Below are positions 26,273 through 36,826 of a stretch of 64,000 bases of DNA, in pieces. The stretch is from NCBI GenBank assembly GCA_963931185.1, contig OZ006981.1, forward strand, positions 295,910 through 359,909. The letters run 5' to 3'. Each line of letters opens with the position of its first letter. Position 1 is the stretch's first letter. This DNA comes from an uncultured Bacilli bacterium (GTDB lineage: Bacteria; Bacillota_I; Bacilli_A; RF39; UBA660). Below the pieces are notes generated by a model. That model had not been told where the DNA came from. It saw nothing but the letters and a program-made list of their open reading frames with translations, and did not search any database. A program made the position numbers and the translations under genes.

Positions 26273-26572
26273 TTACAAATTACTATTTATCAATGTTTCT
26301 ATGTCCTTATCTGTATTGATATAATTATTACAAACAGTTTCTAAATATGATATATATTTCTCATTACTAGCAATAATTTCTTCAAATTTATTATACAAAT
26401 TTTTCAAATCATTAATTACTACATCACTTGTTTGAGATAACCAAAAATTTGGTATTTGATTAGCTTTAGTCTTAACATTATCAAACAATGTAGCAATATT
26501 TAAATTTTCTTTTTTTAATTCTGCTATTTTCTCCTTTAATCCATTGAAATCTATTTTTATATTACTTGTCAT
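26273..26572 (-). CDS. Small helical protein, WXG100/Lap-like (uncertain)
   Basis: 99 aa, predicted all-helical; sits next to a WXG100-like gene. Confidence 0.4.
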   Translation of the reverse strand: MTSNIKIDFNGLKEKIAELKKENLNIATLFDNVKTKANQIPNFWLSQTSDVVINDLKNLYNKFEEIIASNEKYISYLETVCNNYINTDKDIETLINSNL

Positions 26573-26873
26573 TATTACTTCTCCATTCTAAATTACTAGA
26601 CAAATCTTTATCAATATTTCCATGTTTAATCGCCATTTCTTTTAATAATTCTCCTTTCTCTATCATAAAAAGTTCTACTTCATTTATGCTCACTAAAAAT
26701 TCATTGTAATTTTCATAAAACATTTCAGAATCAATTCCATTCCATAAAGCTTTAATATCTTCGTTTGTTTTTTTCATATTATCAACAATATTTTTTAAGT
26801 TATTACCTTGCAAATTAAAAAAAGCTCCAATTTTGTATAATTCTTTACAATTTATTTTAAAAATATTTGCCAC
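26562..26873 (-). CDS. WXG100-family (ESAT-6-like) protein
   Basis: 103 aa with a central W-N-G (ALWNGIDSE) at about residue 43 between two predicted helices. Confidence 0.5.
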   Translation of the reverse strand: MANIFKINCKELYKIGAFFNLQGNNLKNIVDNMKKTNEDIKALWNGIDSEMFYENYNEFLVSINEVELFMIEKGELLKEMAIKHGNIDKDLSSNLEWRSNNDK

Positions 26874-28030
26874 TATTCTATTTCCTCCCTATAAAAAATA
26901 TTAGATAAAATTTTTTGATTATTCTCCATATCTAAATTACAGAACATATTAAAAAATTCTTTTGAATTTATAATTGGTAATAAATAGTTTCTTGAATCTC
27001 CATTAAGTATCTGTTCAGAACTAGTATTGTTGTTTTCTGCTACTACATCAATCATAGTTTTCAAAGCAGAAACACTATTAGAATCCAAATTATAAATATT
27101 TTTGCCTTCATATATATTTAATATTTTTTCTCTAAACCTAAATACATTATCACTTGAAATTGAATCTATATAATTTAAAGCATTATTAAAATAATTAAAG
27201 TTATTATAAAGAAGTTGTTGATTTTCTGCATTACTTATCAAAGAATTATAATCAGTATTATTAATATTTGCTATTTTTGTAAAATAAGAATTCAAAAACT
27301 CTATATTTTCTGAATTTATTAAATTTATATTACCAGAAGAATATAGTTTAACCAATATTTGTTTCAAAGCAGAAATATCCATATTAAGTAAACTTTTTTT
27401 CAATTCATCAGTTATATTAATAGAATTTAGTAATTCTTTTTTTACATTCTCTATTTTGATATCATCATTAACTATATCAAAAAAAGTTGAATTTGAAGCA
27501 GATAGAAACTTTGATAAGACAACCGATATTCCTATATAGTCTATCAAATTAAAATCATTAACGCCCATTTGATTAGAATTTATACTAGCATTATAAAAAT
27601 TATTATTAACTGTAGTATTGGCTTTTCTATACGAATTGTTAACTGAATTAGTCGTATAATCATTATTTATAACTTTATTATTAGAATATGACTCATCTAC
27701 CATAATCTGACTATTCTTACTATTATTAATACTATCGTTAATATTATTAATAGTCAAAATTATTGAATTAATAGCTGTAGACAAAGATACACAATAATTT
27801 TCTAGAATACCATATGAAGAAAAATATCTTAAAGCTGAACTGGTAATTCGTTCTGAAGTGAGATTGAGATTATTAACTCTTGACTTCCAATTAGAACATA
27901 AATCTGTTATAGAAGCAGAATTTAAAAATATTTCCTTTTCAGGTAATGAATTTAAATTCATTAAGTCTTCGCCGCTGTATTCAATATTCTCAGTATAATT
28001 CTGAATAGAATTTTCGTTCATAAAAACCAC
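26873..28030 (-). CDS. Asn/Ser-rich low-complexity protein, possible secreted substrate
   Basis: 385 aa with no enzymatic motif; first gene of the three-gene minus-strand unit that includes the WXG100-like genes. Confidence 0.4.
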   Translation of the reverse strand: MVFMNENSIQNYTENIEYSGEDLMNLNSLPEKEIFLNSASITDLCSNWKSRVNNLNLTSERITSSALRYFSSYGILENYCVSLSTAINSIILTINNINDSINNSKNSQIMVDESYSNNKVINNDYTTNSVNNSYRKANTTVNNNFYNASINSNQMGVNDFNLIDYIGISVVLSKFLSASNSTFFDIVNDDIKIENVKKELLNSINITDELKKSLLNMDISALKQILVKLYSSGNINLINSENIEFLNSYFTKIANINNTDYNSLISNAENQQLLYNNFNYFNNALNYIDSISSDNVFRFREKILNIYEGKNIYNLDSNSVSALKTMIDVVAENNNTSSEQILNGDSRNYLLPIINSKEFFNMFCNLDMENNQKILSNIFYREEIE

Positions 28031-28095
28031 CTAACCTATTATGTGTATAATATAATACATTAAAAAAATTATGTCAATAAAACTCAATTATTAAA

Positions 28096-28902
28096 TTATA
28101 CTAATAAATAAATTATAACAAATATACCAAAGATTAATCGATATAGCATAAACATCTTAAAATCATAGTGTTTTAGAAATTGTAATAAAGTCTTTATACA
28201 TATTATTCCAGTTACAAATGAAATAAGCATTCCAAGAAAAAATATACCAGCATTATTTACAATTATTGTTAAATCACACTTTAAAAGTTGCAAAACAACT
28301 GCTCCAATTACAACTGGAGCCGATAAGTAAAAAGAAAATTTAGCAGCATTCTCTCTATCTAGTTTTAAAATTCTACCTGCTATAATCGTGGTACCACTTC
28401 TTGAAAATCCAGGAATTAGTGCAAATACTTGGCTGCATCCAATTATGAAAGCTTCTTTAATAGTTAAATCGTTCATTACTTTATTATTTGGCATTTTTTT
28501 ATCAACTAAATATAATATTATACCAACAAAAATTAATGCTAAAGCAATTAAAAAATACTTTGTACGTAAAATATCTTCAATAATATCTTCAAACAAAACA
28601 CCAACTATAGCAGCTGGTATTGTTGCAATAATTATATACCACAACATTTTTCCTTCACTATCTTTCATTCCTTTAGTTATTCCTCTAGTTACCATATTCC
28701 AAAAATCACGAAAAAAGAAAATTAATATAGCCAATGCTGTTCCAAAATGTAACGCAATATCAAAAGAAAGAGCCAATTCAGTATCAATAACGTCTTTCCC
28801 CAAAGAAAAAAGATCTCTAAAAATTATTAAATGTGCCGATGAAGATATTGGTAAAAACTCAGAAATTCCTTGTATTATACCTAGAATTATAATTGCTATC
28901 AT
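28096..28902 (-). CDS. uppP: Undecaprenyl-diphosphate phosphatase
   Basis: GISEFLPISSSAHL motif; 8 TM helices. Confidence 0.85.
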   Translation of the reverse strand: MIAIIILGIIQGISEFLPISSSAHLIIFRDLFSLGKDVIDTELALSFDIALHFGTALAILIFFFRDFWNMVTRGITKGMKDSEGKMLWYIIIATIPAAIVGVLFEDIIEDILRTKYFLIALALIFVGIILYLVDKKMPNNKVMNDLTIKEAFIIGCSQVFALIPGFSRSGTTIIAGRILKLDRENAAKFSFYLSAPVVIGAVVLQLLKCDLTIIVNNAGIFFLGMLISFVTGIICIKTLLQFLKHYDFKMFMLYRLIFGIFVIIYLLV

Positions 28903-29023
28903 AATATAAACACCTCTTTATTAATAATATGTTAATTATAACATCAAATTTAAAAAAATTAAAATAAAAAAAATATAACTACGAATAATTCCTTGCATAA
29001 GAAACAAGTATATTTATCCATAA

Positions 29024-31360
29024 TTATATCTTTTTATTACGAATTTTTTTATTATTTTGCTGCAAAATAAGATTATTATAAATATCTTTATAATTGTCTA
29101 CTAATATAAATTCAATTTTTTCTTTAATATCATCAGTAACTTCTTTTAAATCTTTTTCGTTTTCTCTAGGTATAAAAATCTTTGTTATTCTAGCTCTATA
29201 TGCACCAATAACCTTTTCTTTTAGACCACCAATAGGTAATACTTTTCCAGTTAGTGTAATTTCACCAGTCATACTTATTTTAGATGAAATTGGTTTTTTA
29301 GAAAGCAAACTAATTAAGGCTGTAGTTAGTGCTACTCCAGCAGATGGACCTTCTTTTTGAATTGCACCTTCTGGAACATGAATATGGATAGACTTATCTA
29401 CTAAATTATTTAAATCAATATCAAACTGTTCAGCATTAGATTTAATATAATCCAATGCAATTTTAGCAGATTCTTGCATAACCTCGCCTAAAGAACCGGT
29501 CAAAATAAGTTCTTCTTTTCCATTAAATAAAGTAGTTTCAATAGGTAAAATATCTCCACCATAAATAGTGTAAGCCAATCCATTAACAATACCAATTTGC
29601 ATATTATCATTATTGTCATTATATAAATATTTTTTAATGCCCAAGTATTCTTCAAGACTATCAGATGTAATTATATACTTTTCTTTACTTTTATCAACTA
29701 CAATTTTCTTTACTATCTTTCTCATTATTGTAGCTATCAATCTATCTAATTCTCTTACACCAGATTCTTTGGTATAATTACGAATTAGAGTTAATATTGA
29801 ATCATCATCAAATATTACTTGTCCATTTTTCAATCCATGTTCTTTAGATTGATTAACAATTAAATGCTTTTTTGCAATATCTAATTTTTCAAATTCTGTA
29901 TAAGAAGATAATTCTATTATTTCTAATCTATCACGAAGTTCATCAGGAATTTGAGATAAATAATTTGCAGTAGCAATAAACATTACACTACTAAGATCAA
30001 ATTCTTCCTCTATATAATGATCAACAAAATATTTATTTTGTTCTTTATCTAAAACTTCAAGAAGACTAGATGCTGGATCACCTTTAATATCTTTAGTCAT
30101 TTTATCAATTTCATCTATTATAAATACTGGATTTTTTGTTCCTGCTTTTCTCATGCCTTGAATTATAAGTCCAGGAGCAGCACCTATATAAGCTCTACGA
30201 TGACCAATAATTTCAGCTTCATCATTGATACCACCAACAGAAATTTTTGTAAACTTTCGATTTAAGCTTTTTGCAATATTTTTTGCAAATGTAGTTTTTC
30301 CAACACCTGGTGGTCCTACTAAACAAATTATTGGACTTCGGAGATTATTAGTATTTTGTTTAACAGCTAAATATTCTATTACCCTATCTTTAACATTATC
30401 AAGTCCATAATGAGTGCTATCTAATATTTCACGTACTTTATTTAAATCTTTTCGATCATCAGTATATTTATTCCACGGTAAATTAATAAGCCAATCTATA
30501 TAATTCCTAATCATTCCAGTCTCAGGAGAAGAAAAGTTTGCCATCGAATATTTATTAAGTTCTACTAGCAACTTCTCCTTTACTTTTTTTGGACATTCTA
30601 ATTTATTAATTTTATCTTTCAAAATTTCTACTTCATTTTGTTCTTCTTCGCCCAATTCTTCTCTTATTGCCTTAATCTTTTCACGCAACACGAATTCCTT
30701 TTGTGTTTGCTCAAGTCCTGCCGCAACAGAGGATTCTATTTTTTGTTCCAGACGAATTATTTCTATATCACGATTTATATCGTCTAAAATCATTTTTACT
30801 CTAGATGTTGATGAAAATTCTTTTAAATATTCTTGCTTTCTTTCAAAATTAATTGGTAAATAAAGAACTACAATATCTGTTAATCTTTCAATACTATTAA
30901 TACCAGCAGTTTGAGATAAAATAGTATTAGACATATAAGGAACTTCTCTTACATAAACATCAATATGTTTATTTAAAGCTCGTACATAAGCAATCTCCTC
31001 TTTTACACTCATTTCTTCAATCGAAGCATTACTATATAAAGCTTCATAAATTCCATCATCTTTAGAATAAGCATAAATCTTTGCACGATTTTCGCCCAAC
31101 AAAATTATACGAGTTTTTCCATTAGGCATATCGAGTTTCATCTTTATTTTTCCCACAACTCCATAATTAGGTAATTCATCTATCTCAGGATCAGTTTCTA
31201 AACTATCATTAGGATTAACAATTAAAATACTATTTTCGTAACAAGATTCTGATAAAGAAAGAAGCTTTTTATCATTATCATTCTCAAATTCTAACCTTAT
31301 CTCATTATAAGGAAATAACACCATATTCTTAAGTAAAAGTACAGGTAAATTACTTTTCAT
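29024..31360 (-). CDS. lon: ATP-dependent Lon protease
   Basis: N-terminal LON domain, Walker A GPPGVGKTT, protease Ser motif KEGPSAGVA. Confidence 0.9.
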   Translation of the reverse strand: MKSNLPVLLLKNMVLFPYNEIRLEFENDNDKKLLSLSESCYENSILIVNPNDSLETDPEIDELPNYGVVGKIKMKLDMPNGKTRIILLGENRAKIYAYSKDDGIYEALYSNASIEEMSVKEEIAYVRALNKHIDVYVREVPYMSNTILSQTAGINSIERLTDIVVLYLPINFERKQEYLKEFSSTSRVKMILDDINRDIEIIRLEQKIESSVAAGLEQTQKEFVLREKIKAIREELGEEEQNEVEILKDKINKLECPKKVKEKLLVELNKYSMANFSSPETGMIRNYIDWLINLPWNKYTDDRKDLNKVREILDSTHYGLDNVKDRVIEYLAVKQNTNNLRSPIICLVGPPGVGKTTFAKNIAKSLNRKFTKISVGGINDEAEIIGHRRAYIGAAPGLIIQGMRKAGTKNPVFIIDEIDKMTKDIKGDPASSLLEVLDKEQNKYFVDHYIEEEFDLSSVMFIATANYLSQIPDELRDRLEIIELSSYTEFEKLDIAKKHLIVNQSKEHGLKNGQVIFDDDSILTLIRNYTKESGVRELDRLIATIMRKIVKKIVVDKSKEKYIITSDSLEEYLGIKKYLYNDNNDNMQIGIVNGLAYTIYGGDILPIETTLFNGKEELILTGSLGEVMQESAKIALDYIKSNAEQFDIDLNNLVDKSIHIHVPEGAIQKEGPSAGVALTTALISLLSKKPISSKISMTGEITLTGKVLPIGGLKEKVIGAYRARITKIFIPRENEKDLKEVTDDIKEKIEFILVDNYKDIYNNLILQQNNKKIRNKKI

Positions 31361-31851
31361 TATGGTTACACCTCCTTAAAGTCATGCTTTTTATTATAAC
31401 TTTTATATAATAAAAATGCAATAAAAAAGATTAAAAAGATTGTATCAAAACTAAAATATAATCTTAAAATAGCAATATAAAATTAAATGTTGTTACATCT
31501 AACAAATAATAACTACAGACAATAAAATAATCTTTTATTAATGAATGAAAATTCAAAAAGTTAATTGAATATTCTGTATCCATTAAATTATTCAAAAGAT
31601 TACTTAATATTCTATGCTAATTTAAGATATAAACACACCATACATTGAATAAATAAACTACAAAATTCCAAAATATTCAATGATTCTTTAATAATAAAAG
31701 CATTATGATATTCCAAATACACTATATAAATATATTCTTCTTTTTATATAACATACAACATTCACCGCTATATTTATTGATATGCAATAATCAAAAAGAA
31801 GTATAAAATAAACTACTAAATAAAAAACATACAAATTTATTATTGTATGTT

Positions 31852-33222
31852 CTACAAATTATCTTCAATTAATAAAATAAATTCCTTTTTTAAACTTTCT
31901 AAATCATTTAAAGTCTTAGCTTCAAATCTTGCTGTTATATTAGGCCCTGTATTACTAGCACGTACAAGTGCCCATCCATAGTCAAAGTTAACTCGCACTC
32001 CATCAATTGTCAATAAATCATACCCTTTACTTTCAGCATATTCTCTAATTTTATCAACTATTAAGAACTTTTTATCATCCTGTGATTTAAATTTTAATTC
32101 CGCTGTCGAATAATATTGATTTATTCCATTTAAAAGTTCACTAACCTTTTTATCAGTTTTAGATAATATTTCAATTAATCTTAATCCGGCATAAAGGCCA
32201 GAATCAAAACATGGCCATCTATCATTAAAATAAACATGACCAGAAAGTTCTCCACCAAACGGAATATTATCGTCCTTAACTTTTGCTTTAGTATAGGAAT
32301 TACCAGTTCTATAGCAAATTCCTTCTGCCCCTAATTTTTTTATTTCATCAGATAATGCCTTAGAGCATTTTACATCATATAAAAATTTTTTTTCTCTGAC
32401 CTTATCAAAAATATCTCTTATAATAATAATCATATATTTGTCAGTTGCAATATAATTACCATGTTCATCAACAATACCTAATCTATCACCATCACCATCA
32501 AATCCTATTCCTAAATCGGCATTTGTTTCCAAAACTCTTTTCTTCAAAGATTCCAAGTTACTTTCAACACAAGGATCAGGATGGTGATTTGGAAATTCTG
32601 GATTACTATCACCAAAAATTACATCAACATCAATCGGAAACATTTCATATAAATCCTTTGCAATAATCGAAGTAGTACCATTACCAGGATCAAGTACAAC
32701 TTTTATTCTTTTTGAACCAAATTCTAAAGACTTTTTAAAAAGAGAAATATATTCATCACGAACATCATAAGTTGTAAGAATACCTTGACCATTTTCAAAA
32801 TCTTGATTGAAAGTAAAATCTCTAAATTCTTCAATCATTTGTCCACGAGCATTTCCTCTTTCATCAAAAGCAAATTTAAAACCATTATCATCTTTAGGAT
32901 TATGACTAGCGGTTACCATAACACCAGTTGGATTATTTAATTTTATACAAGCATAATAATACATAGGTGTAGTAACTAATCCTAAATCAATAACATCTAT
33001 TCCTGTATCTAATATACCACTTACTAATGCATTTTTTAATTCTAACGAAGAATATCTATTATCCATACCTACTATCGCTTTATTTTTGCCTAATCTTTTA
33101 ACATAACTTCCAAAACTTTTACCAATAGTGTATGCAACATCACAATTCAAATCAACCGGATAAATACCTCTTATATCATATCCTCTAAATATATATTTAT
33201 TAATATTTTTAGTTAAATTCAT
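31852..33222 (-). CDS. Phosphoglucomutase/phosphomannomutase family protein
   Basis: Active-site TASHNPKDDNG. Start MNLTKN at 33222 abuts the upstream gene stop; the ORF track extends to 33276. Confidence 0.8.
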   Translation of the reverse strand: MNLTKNINKYIFRGYDIRGIYPVDLNCDVAYTIGKSFGSYVKRLGKNKAIVGMDNRYSSLELKNALVSGILDTGIDVIDLGLVTTPMYYYACIKLNNPTGVMVTASHNPKDDNGFKFAFDERGNARGQMIEEFRDFTFNQDFENGQGILTTYDVRDEYISLFKKSLEFGSKRIKVVLDPGNGTTSIIAKDLYEMFPIDVDVIFGDSNPEFPNHHPDPCVESNLESLKKRVLETNADLGIGFDGDGDRLGIVDEHGNYIATDKYMIIIIRDIFDKVREKKFLYDVKCSKALSDEIKKLGAEGICYRTGNSYTKAKVKDDNIPFGGELSGHVYFNDRWPCFDSGLYAGLRLIEILSKTDKKVSELLNGINQYYSTAELKFKSQDDKKFLIVDKIREYAESKGYDLLTIDGVRVNFDYGWALVRASNTGPNITARFEAKTLNDLESLKKEFILLIEDNL

Positions 33223-33223
33223 A

Positions 33224-33754
33224 TTACTTCCTTTCCTCTTTTTTAACAGTTGATGTACTTTCACAAGTATACCCATTACTTTTATAATAATTCATTTGTG
33301 CTGGAGCCGGCTTATAATAATCAGAAAGTTCAACTAAATCAAACAAATCCGAATTATTTGTATAATCAAATGTAAATTTATAACCGTCACTTATTTTTTC
33401 ACTTAAAATTCTATCTGAATCTATAGCTAAGAACTGATTAACCTCTGCAATTCCTTCACCATCACTACTTTCATATGTATATTCAGCAACAGACTTCTGC
33501 AAAATACTATCCTTGTATGAATTATTAATTATCATTGATACCTTTTTTCCATCACGATAAACAGCTTTACGACATGATAATTCTAAATAAACTACTTCAA
33601 TTTCATTTTTATTACTTTCTTCATCATAAAATACTACTCTAAAAATAGGTGGAATAAAAATCATAATAAAAAGTATTGCCATACCTATATAGCAAACAAT
33701 ATCTAACTTTGTATTTTTCTTTAACCCTTCTTCAATTATCTTTTGTTCTTCCAT
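33224..33754 (-). CDS. Membrane-anchored hypothetical protein
   Basis: 176 aa with one N-terminal TM helix. Confidence 0.45.
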   Translation of the reverse strand: MEEQKIIEEGLKKNTKLDIVCYIGMAILFIMIFIPPIFRVVFYDEESNKNEIEVVYLELSCRKAVYRDGKKVSMIINNSYKDSILQKSVAEYTYESSDGEGIAEVNQFLAIDSDRILSEKISDGYKFTFDYTNNSDLFDLVELSDYYKPAPAQMNYYKSNGYTCESTSTVKKEERK

Positions 33755-33826
33755 AAAAGCACCTCTATCTTAATAAATATATAATAACATAAAAAAAAAC
33801 AAAAAAAAAGTTCTTTAATGAACTTT

Positions 33827-35101
33827 TTACTTATTATATTCTTTTAATAATTCAATTACTTTTCTAATTTCTAAATCGTATTGAACCATTTCTATTCCAC
33901 CAAACATTTTGACAAAATCATCTTTCTTCATTTGATACTTTTTAGCTAGTTCTTCTGCTTCTTTTTGAGCTTCATCATCTGAAATTTCAATTTTTTCAAT
34001 ATTTGCTATTTCTTCTAACATTAATCGATATAATACATGATTATATGCTTCTTTTTCCATATTAGCTCGCAATTGTTTTTCAGTAGTCTTTGTAAACTGA
34101 TAATACATTTCTAAAGTTATACCTTGCATTTTTAATTGTTCTTCGTAACGATGAATTAATCTATCTATTTCCTCTTCAACCATTTCTTCTGGAATATCAA
34201 CTTCCACATTTTTTGCAACAGCTTCTAATAAAGAATCAACATATTTATTTTCATTTTCCATTTCTTTTTGTTCTCTTATTGTATTTTCAATATGTTTCTC
34301 TAATTTTTCTTTTGAATCTACACCTTCAATAGATAAATCTTCAAACAATTCTTTATCAAACTCTCTTTGAATTTTCTCTTTAATTTCATTAACTTTTACA
34401 TTAAATGTTACCTTTTTTCCTTTTAAATCTTCATGAGGATAATCTTTTGGAAAAACTACTTCTATTTCTTTTTCTTCATTTAATTTCATATCAATTAATT
34501 GTTCTTCAAATCCAGGTATAAAAGTATTACTTCCTATTTCTAATTCATAATTTTCAGCTTTTCCACCCTCAAATGGTACTTTATCTTTAAATCCTTCAAA
34601 ATCAATTACAGCAATGTTTCCTTTTTCAACCTTTCCATTTTCCTTAGATACAGTTTCACTATATTTTTCTAACAAATGCCCAATTTCATGTTCAATTTCT
34701 TCTTTAGTAACATTTACTTTTTCTGGCTTAATATTTAATCCCTTATATTTCTTAATATTTATTTCAGGTTTAGTTATTATTTTAAATACAAATTCAATAC
34801 CACTATCATCAACACTCTTTACTTCTAATTTAGGTTGTACAACTGGAACTAACTTTGATTCTTCTAAAGCTTTTTTATATGCTTTTTCTACAACATAATC
34901 ACTTGCTGGTAAATACAAACTTTCTTTTCCAAACTTTTTCTCATATATATCACGAGGTACTTTACCTTTTCTAAAACCTGCAACTGTTGTATTTTTTACT
35001 TTTTCAGAAAAAGCTCTATCTAAAGCTTTATTCCAATCTTCGCCTTCTATTTTTACTATTACTTCTTTAAATTTCTTATCTTTTGTCATTTTTACCTCCA
35101 C
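33827..35101 (-). CDS. tig: Trigger factor
   Basis: GFRKGKVP ribosome-binding signature; 424 aa. Confidence 0.9.
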   Translation of the reverse strand: MEVKMTKDKKFKEVIVKIEGEDWNKALDRAFSEKVKNTTVAGFRKGKVPRDIYEKKFGKESLYLPASDYVVEKAYKKALEESKLVPVVQPKLEVKSVDDSGIEFVFKIITKPEINIKKYKGLNIKPEKVNVTKEEIEHEIGHLLEKYSETVSKENGKVEKGNIAVIDFEGFKDKVPFEGGKAENYELEIGSNTFIPGFEEQLIDMKLNEEKEIEVVFPKDYPHEDLKGKKVTFNVKVNEIKEKIQREFDKELFEDLSIEGVDSKEKLEKHIENTIREQKEMENENKYVDSLLEAVAKNVEVDIPEEMVEEEIDRLIHRYEEQLKMQGITLEMYYQFTKTTEKQLRANMEKEAYNHVLYRLMLEEIANIEKIEISDDEAQKEAEELAKKYQMKKDDFVKMFGGIEMVQYDLEIRKVIELLKEYNK

Positions 35102-35181
35102 ATTTCCATTATATTATATAATATTTGAATATTTAAAACAAGAAAAAATAATTATACAAAAAACATTAGATAATCTAATGT

Positions 35182-35649
35182 TTATTTTATACCAGTAATC
35201 TCTATTTTATATACTCCATTTGGACTTTCTACTTCAACAATATCTCCTACTTTTCTATTTAAAAGGGCTTTTGCTATTGGAGATTCATTAGATATTTTAC
35301 TCATAAATGGATCTGCTTCTTGACTTCCTACAATTTTATACTCATCTGTTTCATCATCATCAACGTATTTTATTTCAACTGTAGAACCAAGCTCAACTTT
35401 ATCTGATGACTTATTTTCAATTATCTCATAATTTTCCAACATTTTTTCAATCTTTTTTATTCTTCCTTCTAATTCAGCTTGATCGTTCTTTGCAGCATCA
35501 TAATCAGCATTTTCTGACAAATCACCCAAAGCTCTAGCTTCTTTAATAGCCTTTAAGTTTGCTGGTCTTTTAACATTTATTAATTCATCTAATTCTTTTT
35601 TTAAATCATTTAATCCTTCTTCAGTCAACAATGTTTTTTTCTCTTTCAC
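35182..35649 (-). CDS. greA: Transcription elongation factor GreA
   Basis: N-terminal coiled coil plus FKBP-like C-terminus; typical GreA sequence. Confidence 0.85.
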   Translation of the reverse strand: MKEKKTLLTEEGLNDLKKELDELINVKRPANLKAIKEARALGDLSENADYDAAKNDQAELEGRIKKIEKMLENYEIIENKSSDKVELGSTVEIKYVDDDETDEYKIVGSQEADPFMSKISNESPIAKALLNRKVGDIVEVESPNGVYKIEITGIK

Positions 35650-35704
35650 GACGAATCACCTCTTTTTTCATTAAGCATAATGATATCATAAATAGCACTT
35701 TCTG

Positions 35705-36826
35705 TCAATCGTTTTTAGTTAACAGTTTTAACATACTAATAAAATAATCATCAGTCATACCTGCTATAAAATCTATCACTATTCTTTTATTGTCGTTCTT
35801 ATTAATATATTCAAAAGGCATATTATTTATGAATACTTTATATATAATACTATCATCTTTATTTTTATTTAAATCATCTAATAAAAAATAATATAGTTTA
35901 TTCATTCGATCTTCGTAATATTTTATTTGTTCTTTAGTATTTGCTTTTTCATATATTTCCTTATAATTAAACCTTTTTAATTCACTAATAGCCTTAAATA
36001 CTCTCTTACTTAAAACTATTTTATCTTTTCCATAACTATTTTCAATTATATCCAATATAATATTGTTAATAATTTCACGATTATTATTACCTAATACATT
36101 TTTTATATTTTCAGGAATCATTTCTCTTTTCAATTTACCAATTCTAATTGCATCTTCAATATCGCGACCAATATATGCAATAATATCTGATATTCTAACA
36201 ACACACCCCTCTAAAGTCATAGGTCTTAATTTCTTTGCATAATCAAAACTCACACAGGCTAAAGCATAATCATTTAAAAAATCTTCTTTACTTTTCTTTT
36301 TAGGCTCATAAATATTATCTAATATCTCTCCATTGTGACACATTATTCCATCTAAAACTTGAATAGTTAAATTATCATTTTTTAAAGTTACAAAAGTTCT
36401 AACACTTTGTAAATTATGCATAAAAGGAGTTTTAATTTCCCTAATAGAAATATCATTTAATATTTTTTCTCCAACATGTCCTAAAGGTGTATGACCAATA
36501 TCATGGCCTAAAGCGATCGCTTCAATCAAATCTTCATTCAAATTAAGTGCTCTTCCTATAGTCCTAGCAACTTTACTGACCAATTGTACATGTATCATTC
36601 TTTTAGATATATTATCATTATCATTAAAAGAAAAAACCTGTGTTTTGTCTATATAACGGCTATAAGAAGTACTATGGATTATTGTATCTATATCATGAAA
36701 AAAAGCTGGTCTAATATCTTCTTTTTTTTCTACAATTCTTATTGCATCTTTACTTTTAGTCGCATAAATAGACAAATTCTTCTCTCTTTCTAATAAATTT
36801 TCTTTTACAAATAATAAAACATCCAT
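35705..36826 (-). CDS. HD-domain dGTPase-like triphosphohydrolase
   Basis: HDIGHTPLGH motif. Confidence 0.7.
   Translation of the reverse strand: MDVLLFVKENLLEREKNLSIYATKSKDAIRIVEKKEDIRPAFFHDIDTIIHSTSYSRYIDKTQVFSFNDNDNISKRMIHVQLVSKVARTIGRALNLNEDLIEAIALGHDIGHTPLGHVGEKILNDISIREIKTPFMHNLQSVRTFVTLKNDNLTIQVLDGIMCHNGEILDNIYEPKKKSKEDFLNDYALACVSFDYAKKLRPMTLEGCVVRISDIIAYIGRDIEDAIRIGKLKREMIPENIKNVLGNNNREIINNIILDIIENSYGKDKIVLSKRVFKAISELKRFNYKEIYEKANTKEQIKYYEDRMNKLYYFLLDDLNKNKDDSIIYKVFINNMPFEYINKNDNKRIVIDFIAGMTDDYFISMLKLLTKND

Noticed and set aside
28388-28909. 173-aa plus-strand ORF
   Set aside because: Antisense to uppP, which has unmistakable conserved motifs.
31361-31851. 490-bp AT-rich gap upstream of lon, inspected for CIRCE/CtsR heat-shock operators
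   Set aside because: No TTAGCACTC-N9-GAGTGCTAA or GGTCAAA-type CtsR box seen; just AT-rich promoter DNA.
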